Notes: generated from the letters alone by a model not told the origin. A DNA stretch of 64,000 nt from Eledone cirrhosa (GCA_964016885.1 OZ024742.1:36270001-36334000); one strand, 5' to 3'. Counted from the first letter of the stretch, positions 42,401-53,778 are shown. Translations and numbers: made by a program.

Positions 42401-45400
42401 TAGTTGATGTTGTTGTTGTTGGTGGCGGTCTTTTAGTTGCTCTTGTTGTTGATGATGTTATTGATGTTGTTGTTGGTGGAGGTCTTTTAGTTGCTCTTGT
42501 TGTTGATGATGTTGTTGATGTTGTTGTTGTTGGTGGCGGTCTTTTAGTTGCTCTTGTTGTTGATGATGTTGTTGATGTTGTTGTTGGTGGAGGTCTTTTA
42601 TTTGCTCCTGTTGTTGATGATGTAGTTGATGTTGTTGTTGTTGGTGGCGGTCTTTTAGTTGCTCCTGTTGTTGATGATGTTGTTGATGTTGTTGTTGTTG
42701 GTGGCGGTCTTTTATTTGCTCCTGTTGTTGATGATGTAGTTGATGTTGTTGTTGTTGGTGGCGGTCTTTTAGTTGCTCCTGTTGTTGATGATGTTGTTGA
42801 TGTTGTTGTTGTTGGTGGCGGTCTTTTATTTGCTCCTGTTGTTGATGATGTAGTTGATGTTGTTGTTGTTGGTGGCGGTCTTTTAGTTGCTCCTGTTGTT
42901 GATGATGTAGTTGATGTTGTTGTTGTTGGTGGCGGTCTTTTAGTTGCTCCTGTTGTTGATGATGTTGTTGATGTTGTTGTTGTTGGTGGCGGTCTTTTAT
43001 TTGCTCCTGTTGTTGATGATGTAGTTGATGTTGTTGTTGTTGGTGGAGGTCTTTTATTTGCTCCTGTTGTTGATGATGTTGTTGATGTTGTTGTTGTTGG
43101 TGGCGGTCTTTTATTTGCTCCTGTTGTTGATGATGTAGTTGATGTTGTTGTTGTTGGTGGCGGTCTTTTAGTTGCTCCTGTTGTTGATGATGTTGTTGAT
43201 GTTGTTGTTGTTGGAGGTCTTTTAGTTGCTCTTGTTGTTGATGATGTTGTTGATGTTGTTGTTGTTGGTGGCGGTCTTTTAGTTGCTCTTGTTGTTGTTG
43301 TTGTTGGTGTAGGTCTTTTAGTTGCTCTTGTTGTTGATGATGTTGTTGATGTTGTTGTTGGTGGAGGTCTTTCAGTTGCTCTTGTTGTTGATGATGTGGT
43401 TGATGTTGTTGTTGGTGGAGCTCTTTTAGTTGCTCCTGTTGTTGATGATGTGGTTGATGTTGTTGTTGTTGGTGGTGGTCTTTTAGTTGCTCTTGCTGTT
43501 GTTGTTGTTGGTGGCGGTCTTTTAGTTGCTCTTGTTGTTGATGATGTAGTTGATGTTGTTTTTGTTGGCGGTCTGTTAGTTGCTCCTGTTGTTGATGATG
43601 TTGTTGATGTTGTTGTTGGTGGCGGTCTTTTAGTTGCTCTTGTTGTTGATGATGTTGTTGATGTTGTTGTTGGTGGAGGTCTTTCAGTTGCTCTTGTTGT
43701 TGATGATGTGGTTGATGTTGTTGTTGGTGGAGGTCTTTTAGTTGCTCTTGTTGTTGATGATGTTGTTGATGTTGTTGTTGTTGGTGGCGGTCTTTTAGTT
43801 GCTCTTGTTGTTGTTGTTGTTGGTGTAGGTCTTTTAGTTGCTCTTGTTGTTGATGATGTTGTTGATGTTGTTGTTGGTGGAGGTCTTTCAGTTGCTCTTG
43901 TTGTTGATGATGTGGTTGATGTTGTTGTTGGTGGCGGTCTTTTAGTTGCTCTTGTTGTTGATGATGTGGTTGATGTTGTTGTTGTTGGTGGTGGTCTTTT
44001 AGTTGCTCTTGCTGTTGTTGTTGTTGGTGGCGGTCTTTTAGTTGCTCTTGTTGTTGATGATGTAGTTGATGTTGTTTTTGTTGGCGGTCTGTTAGTTGCT
44101 CCTGTTGTTGATGATGTTGTTGATGTTGTTGTTGGTGGCGGTCTTTTAGTTGCTCTTGTTGTTGATGATGTGGTTGATGTTGTTGTTGTTGGTGGAGGTC
44201 TTTTAGTTGCTCCTGTTGTTGATGATGTTGTTGATGTTGTTGTTGTTGGTGGCGGTCTTTTAGTTGCTCTTGTTGTTGATGATCTTGTTGATGTTGTTGT
44301 TGGTGGTGGTCTTTTAATTGCTCTTGTTGTTGATGATGTTGTTGATGTTGTTGTTGGTGGCGGTCTTTTAGTTGCTCTTGTTGTTGATGATGTTGTTGAT
44401 GTTGTTGTTGGTGGCGGTCTTTTAGTTGCTCTTGATGTTGATGATGTTGTTGATGTTGTTGTTGGTGGCGGTCTTTTAGTTGCTCTTGTTGTTGATGATG
44501 TTGTTGATGTTGTTGTTGTTGGTGGCGGTCTTTTAGTTGCTCTTGTTGTTGATGATGTTGTTGATGTTGTTGTTGGTGGCGGTCTTTTAGTTGCTCTTGT
44601 TGTTGATGATGTTGTTGATGTTGTTGTTGTTGGTGGCGGTCTTTTAGTTGCTCTTGTTGTTGATGATCTTGTTGATGTTGTTTTTATTGGTGGCGGTCTT
44701 TTAGTTGCTCTTGTTGTTGGTTTCGTTGATGTTGTTGTTGGTGGAGGTCTTTTAGTTGCTCTTGTTGTTGGTGGCGTTCTTTTAGTTGCTCTTGTTGTTG
44801 ATGATGTAGTTGATGTTGTTTTTGTTGGTGGCGGTCTTTTAGTTGCTCTTGTTGTTGGTGTCGTTGATGTGTTGTTGGTGGTGGTCTTTTAGTTGCTCTT
44901 GTTGTTGTCGTTGTTGGTGGCGGTATTTTAGTTGCTCTTGTTGTTGATGATGTACTTGATGTTGTTTTTGTTGGTGGCGGTCTTTTAGTTGCTCTTGTTG
45001 TTGGTGTCGTTGATGTGTTGTTGGTGGTGGTCTTTTATTTTGTCTTGCTGTTGTTGTTGTTGGTGGCGGTTCTTTTAGTTGCTCTTGTTGTTGATGATGT
45101 AGTTGATGTTGTTTTTGTTGGCGGTCTGTTAGTTGCTCCTGTTGTTGATGATGTTGTTGATGTTGTTGTTGGTGGAGGTCTTTTAGTTGCTCTTGTTGTT
45201 GATGATGTTGTTGATGTTGTTGTTGGTGGAGGTCTTTTAGTTGCTCCTGTTGTTGATGATGTAGTTGATGTTGTTGTTGGTGGAGGTCTTTTAGTTGCTC
45301 TTGTTGATGTCGTTGATGTTGTTGTTGGTGGAGGTCTTTTAGTTGCTCCTGTTGTTGATGTCGTTGATGTTGTTGTTGGTGGAGGTCTTTTAGTTGCTCC

Positions 45401-48237
45401 TGTTGTTGATGATGTTGATGTTTTTGTTGGTGGTGGCGGTCTTTTAGTTGCTCTTGTTGTTGATGATGTTGTTGATGTTGTTGTTGTTGGTGGCCGTCTT
45501 TTAGTTGCTCTTGTTGTTGATGATGTTGTTAATGTTGTTGTTGTTGGTGGAGGTCTTTTAGTTGCTCTTGTTGTTGATGATGTTGTGGATGTTGTTGTTG
45601 TTGGTGGCCGTCTTTTAGTTGCTCTTGTTGTTGATGATGTTGTTGATGTTGTTGTTGTTGGTGGCGGTCTTTTAGTTGCTCTTGTTGTTGATGATGTTGT
45701 TGATGTTGTTGTTGTTGGTGGCCGTCTTTTAGTTGCTCTTGTTGTTGATGATGTTGTTGATGTTGTTGTTGTTGGTGGCGGTCTTTTAGTTGCTCTTGTT
45801 GTTGATGATGTTGTTGATGTTGTTGTTGTTGGTGGCGGTCTTTTAGTTGCTCTTGTTGTTGATGATGTTGTTGATGTTGTTGTTGTTGGTGGCCGTCTTT
45901 TAGTTGCTCTTGTTGTTGATGATGTTGTTGATGTTGTTGTTGTTGGTGGCGGTCTTTTAGTTGCTCTTGTTGTTGATGATGTTGTTGATGTTGTTGTTGT
46001 TGGTGGCGGTCTTTTAGTTGCTCTTGTTGTTGATGATGTTGTTGATGTTGTTGTTGTTGGTGGCGGTCTTTTAGTTGCTCTTGTTGTTGATGATGTTGTT
46101 GATGTTGTTGGTGGCGGTCTTTTAGTTGCTCTTGTTGTTGATGATGTAGTTGATGTTGTTGTTGTTGGTGGAGGTCTTTTAGTTGCTCCTGTTGTTGTTG
46201 ATGTTGTTGATGTTGTTGTTGGTGGCGGTCTTTTAGTTGATCTTGTTGTTGATGATCTTGTTGATGTTGTTGTTGGTGGCGGTCTTTTAGTTGCTCTTGT
46301 TGTTGATGATGTTGTTGATGTTGTTGTTGTTGATGGCGGTCTTTTAGTTGCTCTTGTTGTTGATGATTTTGTTGATGTTGTTGTTGTTGGTGGCGGTCTT
46401 TTAGTTGCTCCTGTTGTTGATGATCTTGTTGATGTTGTTGTTGGTGGTGGTCTTTTAGTTGCTCCTGTTGTTGTTGATGTTGTTGATGTTGTTGTTGTTG
46501 ATGGCGGTCTTTTAGTTGCTCTTGTTGTTGATGATGTTGTTGATGTTGTTGTTGGTGGTGGCGGTCTTTTAGTTGCTCTTGTTGTTGATGATGTAGTTGA
46601 TGTTGTTGTTGGTGGCGGTCTTTTAGTTGCTCTTGTTGTTGATGATGTTGTTGATGTTGTTGTTGGTGGCGGTCTTTTAGTTGCTCTTGTTGTTGATGAT
46701 GTTGTTGATGTTGTTGTTGGTGGCGGTCTTTTAGTTGCTCTTGTTGTTGATGATGTTGTTGATGTTGTTGTTGGTGGCGGTCTTTTAGTTGCTCTTGTTG
46801 TTGATGATGTTGTTGATGTTGTTGTTGGTGGTGGCGGTCTTTTAGTTGCTCTTGTTGTTGATGATGTAGTTGATGTTGTTGTTGGTGGAGGTCTTTTAGT
46901 TGCTCTTGTTGTTGATGATGTTGTTGATGTTGTTGTTGTTGGTGGCGGTCTTTTAGTTGCTCTTGTTGTTGATGATGTAGTTGATGTTGTTGTTGGTGGC
47001 GGTCTTTTAGTTGCTCTTGTTGTTGATGATGTTGTTGATGTTGTTGTTGGTGGCGGTCTTTTAGTTGCTCTTGTTGTTGATGATGTTGTTGATGTTGTTG
47101 TTGGTGGTGGCGGTCTTTTAGTTGCTCTTGTTGTTGATGATGTTGTTGATGTTGTTGTTGTTGGCGGCGGTCTTTTAGTTGCTCTTGTTGTTGATGATGT
47201 TGTTGATGTTGTTGTTGGTGGTGGCGGTCTTTTAGTTGCTCTTGTTGTTGATGATGTTGTTGATGTTGTTGTTGTTGGTGGCGGTCTTTTAGTTGCTCTT
47301 GTTGTTGATGATGTTGTTGATGTTGTTGTTGGTGGTGGCGGTCTTTTAGTTGCTCCTGTTGTTGATGATGTAGTTGATGTTGTTGTTGGTGGAGGTCTTT
47401 TAGTTGCTCTTGTTGTTGTTGTTGTTGGTGTAGGTCTTTTAGTTGCTCTTGTTGTTGTTGTTGTTGGTGGAGGTCTTTTAGTTGCTCCTGTTGTTGATGA
47501 TGTTGTTGATGTTGTTGTTGGTGGCGGTCTTTTAGTTGCTCTTGTTGTTGATGATGTTGTTGATGTTGTTGTTGTTGGTGGTCTTTTAATTGCTCTTGTT
47601 GTTGATGATCTTGTTGATGTTGTTTTTGTTGGTGGAGGTCTTTTAGTTGCTCTTTTTGTTGGTGGCGGTCTTTTAGTTGCTCTTGTTGTTGATGATGTAG
47701 TTGATGTTGTTTTTGTTGGTGGCGGTCTTTTAGTTGCTCTTGTTGTTGGTGTCGTTGATGTGTTGTTGGTGGTGGTCTTTTAGTTGCTCTTGCTGTTGTT
47801 GTTGTTGGTGGCGGTCTTTTAGTTGCTGTTGTTGTTGATGATGTTGTTGATGTTGTTTTTGTTGGCGGTCTGTTAGTTGCTCCTGTTGTTGATGATGTTG
47901 TTGATGTTGTTGTTGTTGGTGGAGGTCTTTTAGTTGCTCCTGTTGTTGATGATGTTGTTGATGTTGTTGTTGTTGGTGGCGGTCTTTTAGTTGCTCTTGT
48001 TGTTGATGATGTTGTTGATGTTGTTGTTGTTGGTGGAGGTCTTTTAGTTGCTCCTGTTGTTGATGATGTTGTTGATGTTGTATTTGTTGGTGGAGGTCTT
48101 TTAGTTGCTCTTGTTTTTGATGATGTTGTTGATGTTGTTGTTGTTGGTGGCGGTCTTTTAGTTGCTCTTGTTGTTGATGATGTTGTTGATGTTGTTGTTG
48201 TTGGTGGCGGTCTTTTAGTTGCTCTTGTTGTTGATGA

Positions 48238-48269
<32 letters not shown>

Positions 48270-49733
48270 GTGGAGGTCTTTTAGTTGCTCCTGTTGTTGA
48301 TGATGTAGTTGATGTTGTTGTTGGTGGTGGCGGTCTTTTAGTTGCTCTTGTTGTTGATGATGTAGTTGATGTTGTTGTTGGTGGAGGTCTTTTAGTTGCT
48401 CTTGTTGTTGATGATGTTGTTGATGTTGTTGTTGTTGGTGGCGGTCTTTTAGTTGCTCTTGTTGTTGATGATGTAGTTGATGTTGTTGTTGGTGGCGGTC
48501 TTTTAGTTGCTCTTGTTGTTGATGATGTTGTTGATGTTGTTGTTGGTGGCGGTCTTTTAGTTGCTCTTGTTGTTGATGATGTTGTTGATGTTGTTGTTGG
48601 TGGTGGCGGTCTTTTAGTTGCTCTTGTTGTTGATGATGTTGTTGATGTTGTTGTTGTTGGCGGCGGTCTTTTAGTTGCTCTTGTTGTTGATGATGTTGTT
48701 GATGTTGTTGTTGGTGGTGGCGGTCTTTTAGTTGCTCTTGTTGTTGATGATGTTGTTGATGTTGTTGTTGTTGGTGGCGGTCTTTTAGTTGCTCTTGTTG
48801 TTGATGATGTTGTTGATGTTGTTGTTGGTGGTGGCGGTCTTTTAGTTGCTCCTGTTGTTGATGATGTAGTTGATGTTGTTGTTGGTGGAGGTCTTTTAGT
48901 TGCTCTTGTTGTTGTTGTTGTTGGTGTAGGTCTTTTAGTTGCTCTTGTTGTTGTTGTTGTTGGTGGAGGTCTTTTAGTTGCTCCTGTTGTTGATGATGTT
49001 GTTGATGTTGTTGTTGGTGGCGGTCTTTTAGTTGCTCTTGTTGTTGATGATGTTGTTGATGTTGTTGTTGTTGGTGGTCTTTTAATTGCTCTTGTTGTTG
49101 ATGATCTTGTTGATGTTGTTTTTGTTGGTGGAGGTCTTTTAGTTGCTCTTTTTGTTGGTGGCGGTCTTTTAGTTGCTCTTGTTGTTGATGATGTAGTTGA
49201 TGTTGTTTTTGTTGGTGGCGGTCTTTTAGTTGCTCTTGTTGTTGGTGTCGTTGATGTGTTGTTGGTGGTGGTCTTTTAGTTGCTCTTGCTGTTGTTGTTG
49301 TTGGTGGCGGTCTTTTAGTTGCTGTTGTTGTTGATGATGTTGTTGATGTTGTTTTTGTTGGCGGTCTGTTAGTTGCTCCTGTTGTTGATGATGTTGTTGA
49401 TGTTGTTGTTGTTGGTGGAGGTCTTTTAGTTGCTCCTGTTGTTGATGATGTTGTTGATGTTGTTGTTGTTGGTGGCGGTCTTTTAGTTGCTCTTGTTGTT
49501 GATGATGTTGTTGATGTTGTTGTTGTTGGTGGAGGTCTTTTAGTTGCTCCTGTTGTTGATGATGTTGTTGATGTTGTATTTGTTGGTGGAGGTCTTTTAG
49601 TTGCTCTTGTTTTTGATGATGTTGTTGATGTTGTTGTTGTTGGTGGCGGTCTTTTAGTTGCTCTTGTTGTTGATGATGTTGTTGATGTTGTTGTTGTTGG
49701 TGGCGGTCTTTTAGTTGCTCTTGTTGTTGATGA

Positions 49734-49765
<32 letters not shown>

Positions 49766-50700
49766 GTGGAGGTCTTTTAGTTGCTCCTGTTGTTGATGAT
49801 GTAGTTGATGTTTTTGTTGTTGGTGTAGGTCTTTTATTTGCTCTTGTTGATGATGTTGTTGATGTTGTTGTTGGTGTAGGTCTTTTAGTTGCTCTTGTTG
49901 TTGATGATGTTGTTGATGTTGTTGTTGTTGGTGCCAGTCTTTTAGTTGCTCCTGTTGTTGATGATGTTGTTGATGTTGTTGTTGTTGGTGTAGGTCTTTT
50001 AGTTGCTCCTGTTGTTGATGATGTTTTTGATGTTGTTGTTGTTGGTGTAGGTCTTTTAGTTGCTCTTGTTGTTGATGATGTTGTTGATGTTGTTGTTGTT
50101 GGTGGCAGTCTTTTAGTTGCTCCTGTTGTTGATGATGTTGTTGATGTTGTTGTTATTGGTGTAGGTCTTTTAGATGCTCCTGTTGTTGATGATGTTGTTG
50201 ATGTTGTTGTTGTTGGTGGCGGTCTTTTAGTTGCTCTTGTTGTTGATGATGTTGTTGTTGTTGGTGGCGGTCTTTTAGTTGCTCCTGTTGTTGATGATGT
50301 AGTTGATGTTGTTGTTGGTGACGGTCTTTTAGTTGCTCTTGTTGTTGATGATGTAGTTGATGTTGTTGTTGGTGGCGGTCTTTTAGTTGCTCTTGTTGTT
50401 GATGATGTTGTTGATGTTGTTGTTGGTGGTGGAGGTCTTTTAGTGGCTCTTGTTGTTGATGATGTTGTTGATGTTGTTGTTGGTGTAGGTCTTTCAGTGG
50501 CTCTTGATGTTGATGATGTTGTTGTTGTTGTTGTTGTTGTTGTTGGTGTAGGTCTTTTATTTGCTCTTGATGTTGATGATGTTGTTGTTGGTGTAGGTCT
50601 TTTAGTGGCTCTTGATGTTGATGATGTTGTTGTTGTTGTTGTTGGTGGTGGTGTAGGTCTTTTATTTGCTCTTGATGTTGATGATGTTACTATTGTTGCT
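480..50700. repeat. ~50-kb satellite array, 54/57-bp unit GTTGTTGATGATGTTGTTGAT(GTT)3-4GGTGGCGGTCTTTTAGTTGCTC(T/C)T
   Basis: Continuous tandem units (about 900 by length). Length variants are mostly +/-GTT. Recurrent point variants and multi-kb duplicated blocks are visible. Confidence 0.98.
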
Positions 50701-50705
50701 GCCTT

Positions 50706-50750
50706 TTGTTGCTGTTGTTGTTGCTGCTGCTGTTGTTGCTGTTGTTGATG
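50706..50750. repeat. (TGT/TGC)n microsatellite at the array edge
   Basis: ttgttgctgttgttgttgctgctgctgttgttgctgttgttg. Confidence 0.85.
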
Positions 50751-50828
50751 TTTTTGTTAACTACATCGATAGTAATTGCCTCCTTATACAAATGAATTAC
50801 AGACAAATGTGCAGAAAGGTAAGTGGGC

Positions 50829-51309
50829 AGAATAATTAGGTGTGTGTGTGTGGGAGGAGAATAGTTAGGTGTGTGTGTGTGGGAGGAGAATAATTAGGTG
50901 TGTGTGTGTGTGTGGGAGGAGAATCATTAGGTGTGTGTGTGTGTGTGTGTGTGTGAGCGTGTGTATGGGAGGAGAATAATTAGGTGTGTGTGTGTGAATG
51001 TGTGTATGGGGGGAGAATAATTAGGTGTGTGTGTGTGAATGTGTGTATGGGGGGAGAATAATTAGGTGTGTGTGTGAGTGTGTGTATGGGAGGAGAATAA
51101 TTAGGTGTGTGTGTGTGAGTGTGTGTGTATGGGAGGAGAATAATTAGGTGTGTGTGTGTGAATGTGTGTATGGGGGGAGAATAATTAGGTGTGTGTGTGA
51201 GTGTGTGTATGGGAGGAGAATAATTAGGTGTGTGTGTGTGAGTGTGTGTGTATGGGAGGAGAATAATTAGGTGTGTGTGTGTGAGTGTGTGTGTATGTGA
51301 GGAGAATAA

Positions 51310-51344
<35 letters not shown>

Positions 51345-51380
51345 TGTGTGTGTATGTGAGGAGAATAATTAGGTGTGTGT
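50829..51380. repeat. Compound minisatellite of ~30-45 bp: GGAGGAGAATAATTAG + (GT)n
   Basis: About 14 copies of the ggagaataattagg spacer, separated by variable (GT)n tracts. Confidence 0.95.
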
Positions 51381-51564
51381 GAGTATATGTGACTGTGTGA
51401 TTGTCTGTGTTTGTGAGGGGAATAATTATGTGTGTATGTGTGTGTGTGTGTGTGTGTCTATATGTGTGTGCATGTGTGTGTGAATATGTGATTGTCTGTG
51501 TATGTGTTTGTGGAAGAGTGTATATATGTGAGTTAGTATGTGTATGTGTGAGTGAATGGTGGTC

Positions 51565-51905
51565 TGTGTATGTAAGGGTGTATGTGCATGTAAGTGTGTA
51601 TGTGTATGTAAGTGTGTATATGTATGTAAGTGTGTATGTGTATGTAAGTGTGTATGTGTATGTAAGTGTGTATGTGCATATGTGTATGTGTATGTAAGTG
51701 TGCATGTGCATGTGTGTAAGTGTGTATGTGTTTGTAAGTGTGTATGTGCATGTGTGTATGTGTATGTAAATGTGTATGTGCATGTGTGTATGTGTATGTA
51801 AGTGTGTATGTGCATGTAATGTGTATGTGTATGCAAGGGTGTATGTGTATGCAAGGGTGTATGTGTATGTAAGGGTGTATGTGTATTTAAGGGTGTATAT
51901 GTGTA
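51565..51905. repeat. 18-bp minisatellite GTGTATGTGTATGTAAGT
   Basis: Tandem units with point variants. It is the source of the TYT/HTH pseudo-ORFs. Confidence 0.9.
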
Positions 51906-51957
51906 AGTAATTAAATAAATAATTAAACTTAATCAAATAGTCAAGGTCACACATCCT

Positions 51958-52830
51958 GTGTGGTGGTGGTGGAGGTGGTGGTGGTGGTGGTGGTGGTGGT
52001 GGTGGTGGTAAGATGATGTTGAAGTGATGGAGGTGGTGGTGGTGGAGGTGGAGATGGTGGTGGTGGTGGTGGTAGGATGATGTTGAAGTGATGGAGGTGG
52101 TGGTGGTGGTGGTGGTGGTGGTGGTAGTAGGATGATGTTGAAGTGATGGAGGTGGTGGTGGTAGTGGAGGTGGTGGTGGTGGTGGTGGTGGTGGTGGTGG
52201 AGGTGGTGGTGGTGGTGGTGGTGGTGGTGGTGGTAAGATGATGTTGAAGTGATGGAGGTGGTGGTGGTGGTGGTGGTAGGATGATGTTGAAGTGATGGAG
52301 GTGGTGGTGGTGGTGGTGGTGGTGGTGGTAGTAGGATGATGTTGAAGTGATGGAGGTGGTGGTGGTAGTGGAGGTGGTGGTGGTGGTGGTGGTGGTGGTG
52401 GTGGTGGTGGTGGTGGTGGTGGTGGTGGTGGTGGTGGTAAGATGATGTTGAAGTGATGGAGGTGGTGGTGGTGGTGGTGGTGGTGGTGGTGGTGGTGGTG
52501 GTGGTGGTGGTGGTGGTGGTGGTGGTAGGATGGTGTTGAAGTGATGGAGGTGGTGGTGGTGGTGGTGGTGGTAGGATGGTGTTGAAGATGGAGGTGGTGG
52601 TGGTGGTGGTGGTGGTGGTAGGATGATGTTGAAGTGATGGAGGTGGTGGTGGTGGTGGTGGTGGTGGTGGTAGGATGGTGTTGAAGTGATGGAGGTGGTG
52701 GTGGTGGTGGTGGTGGTGGTGGTGGTGGAGGTGGTGGTGGTGGTGGTGGTGGTGGTAGGATGGTGTTGAAGTGATGGAGGTGGTGATGGTGGCTGATGGG
52801 GGTGGTGAAGTGATGGAGGTGGTGGGATCA
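51958..52830. repeat. Compound minisatellite (GGT)n + AGGATGATGTTGAAGTGATGGA
   Basis: About 12 copies of the fixed spacer between variable (GGT)n runs. Confidence 0.95.
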
Positions 52831-52871
52831 TAGATATAGTAGTGGTGATGGAGGGTTAATATATGTGGCGG

Positions 52872-53128
52872 CAACAACACCAACAACGACAACAGCAACA
52901 ATAACAACAGCAGTAGTAACAACAACAACAACAGCAGTACCAACAACAACAATAACATCAACAACACCAGCAACAACAACAGCAACAACAACAACAACAA
53001 CAGCACATCAGCAATAACAACAGCAGCAACAACAACTGCAATAACAACAACTGCAATAACAACAACAGCAGCAACAACAACAACAACAACAACAGCAACA
53101 ATAACAACAACAACAACAACAACAACAA
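52872..53128. repeat. Imperfect (CAA)n microsatellite
   Basis: CAA/CAG/TAA triplet tract. Confidence 0.9.
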
Positions 53129-53171
53129 TGGCAAGAGTTGTAGGAACAACAACACTATTGGTTGTAGTAAC

Positions 53172-53384
53172 AATGATTTCTAGTATAGGCACAAGGCCAG
53201 CCTTTTTGGGGAGGGGAAAGTCGATTAAGTCGACCCCAGTGCGTTACTGGTACTTTATTTTATCGACCCCGTAAAGATGAAAGGCAAAGTTAACCTCGGC
53301 GGGATTTGAACTCAGATCATAAAGGGCCGTAACTCTAAAGCAGGACGTCCGACTCTCTACCGATACGGCCAATCCACAGCCCTC
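53172..53384 (-). mobile_element. tRNA-derived SINE, apparently full length, with Meta-domain-like core
   Basis: On the - strand: A-box-like TGGCCGTATCGGTAG (53371-53357), B-box GAGTTCAAATCCC (53313-53301), and core GCCTTTCATCTTTACGGGGTCGATAAAATAAAGTACCAG. A second copy lies at 57 kb. Confidence 0.85.
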
Positions 53385-53394
53385 ATAGCTTGTA

Positions 53395-53528
53395 GTAACA
53401 ATAACAACAGCAACAACAACAGCAACAACAGCAACAACAACAACAGCAACAGCAGTATAGGCTGTAGTAACAATAATAACAACAGCAAAAGTCACAATAG
53501 CAACAGCAACAACAGCATCAACAGCATC
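53395..53528. repeat. Imperfect (CAA/CAG)n microsatellite
   Basis: Triplet tract directly visible. Confidence 0.85.
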
Positions 53529-53717
53529 ATCCTCCGGGGAAAAGCCTTTTCCATTCTGCCCGCCGGGACCGTGCGGTGGCCAGCAAGTAGGACCCCATTT
53601 GCTCATAATACAGAGAGATGGGAAGGGCGAGAGAGATGGAGACGATGACAGTGGCAATTCGGCTCTTCTGTGTTCGGACCAGGTGTGCAGCATCAGTTCG
53701 CCGTAAGGATATAGTGA

Positions 53718-53720
<3 letters not shown>
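53529..53720 (+). mobile_element. 3'-terminal fragment of the CRE-like retrotransposon (end of ORF and probable 3' UTR)
   Basis: 53529-53567 reads ILRGKAFSILPAG and is 33/39 nt identical to the reverse complement of 247-285 (VFRGNAFSILSAG). It is a GC-rich island that ends at (TA)n. Confidence 0.7.

Positions 53721-53772
<52 letters not shown>

Positions 53773-53778
<6 letters not shown>

Noticed and set aside
480-50700. CRISPR-like repeat/spacer appearance
   Set aside because: The segments between the constant motifs are themselves repeats rather than unique spacers. There are no cas genes and the context is eukaryotic.
523-50748. Long + strand Val/Asp/Gly ORFs (up to 1916 aa) and poly-Leu ORFs
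   Set aside because: They are by-products of a triplet-based satellite. They start at GTG/TTG inside the repeat, have no domains, and are broken by recurrent TAA and frameshift variants.
50690-50760. Poly-Gln leading in frame into the Thr/mucin frame on the - strand
   Set aside because: An in-frame TAA lies immediately upstream, and there is no ATG or convincing splice acceptor.
50835-51380. TTAGG motifs as telomeric repeats
   Set aside because: There is one TTAGG per minisatellite unit and no tandem TTAGG or TTAGGG.
53290-53384. tRNA gene
   Set aside because: A and B boxes are present but there is no cloverleaf. It continues into a SINE core.
51310-53693. His/Thr/Pro-rich ORFs (e.g. 51933-53192)
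   Set aside because: They are translations of (GT)n, (GGT)n and (CAA)n tracts and of the SINE.
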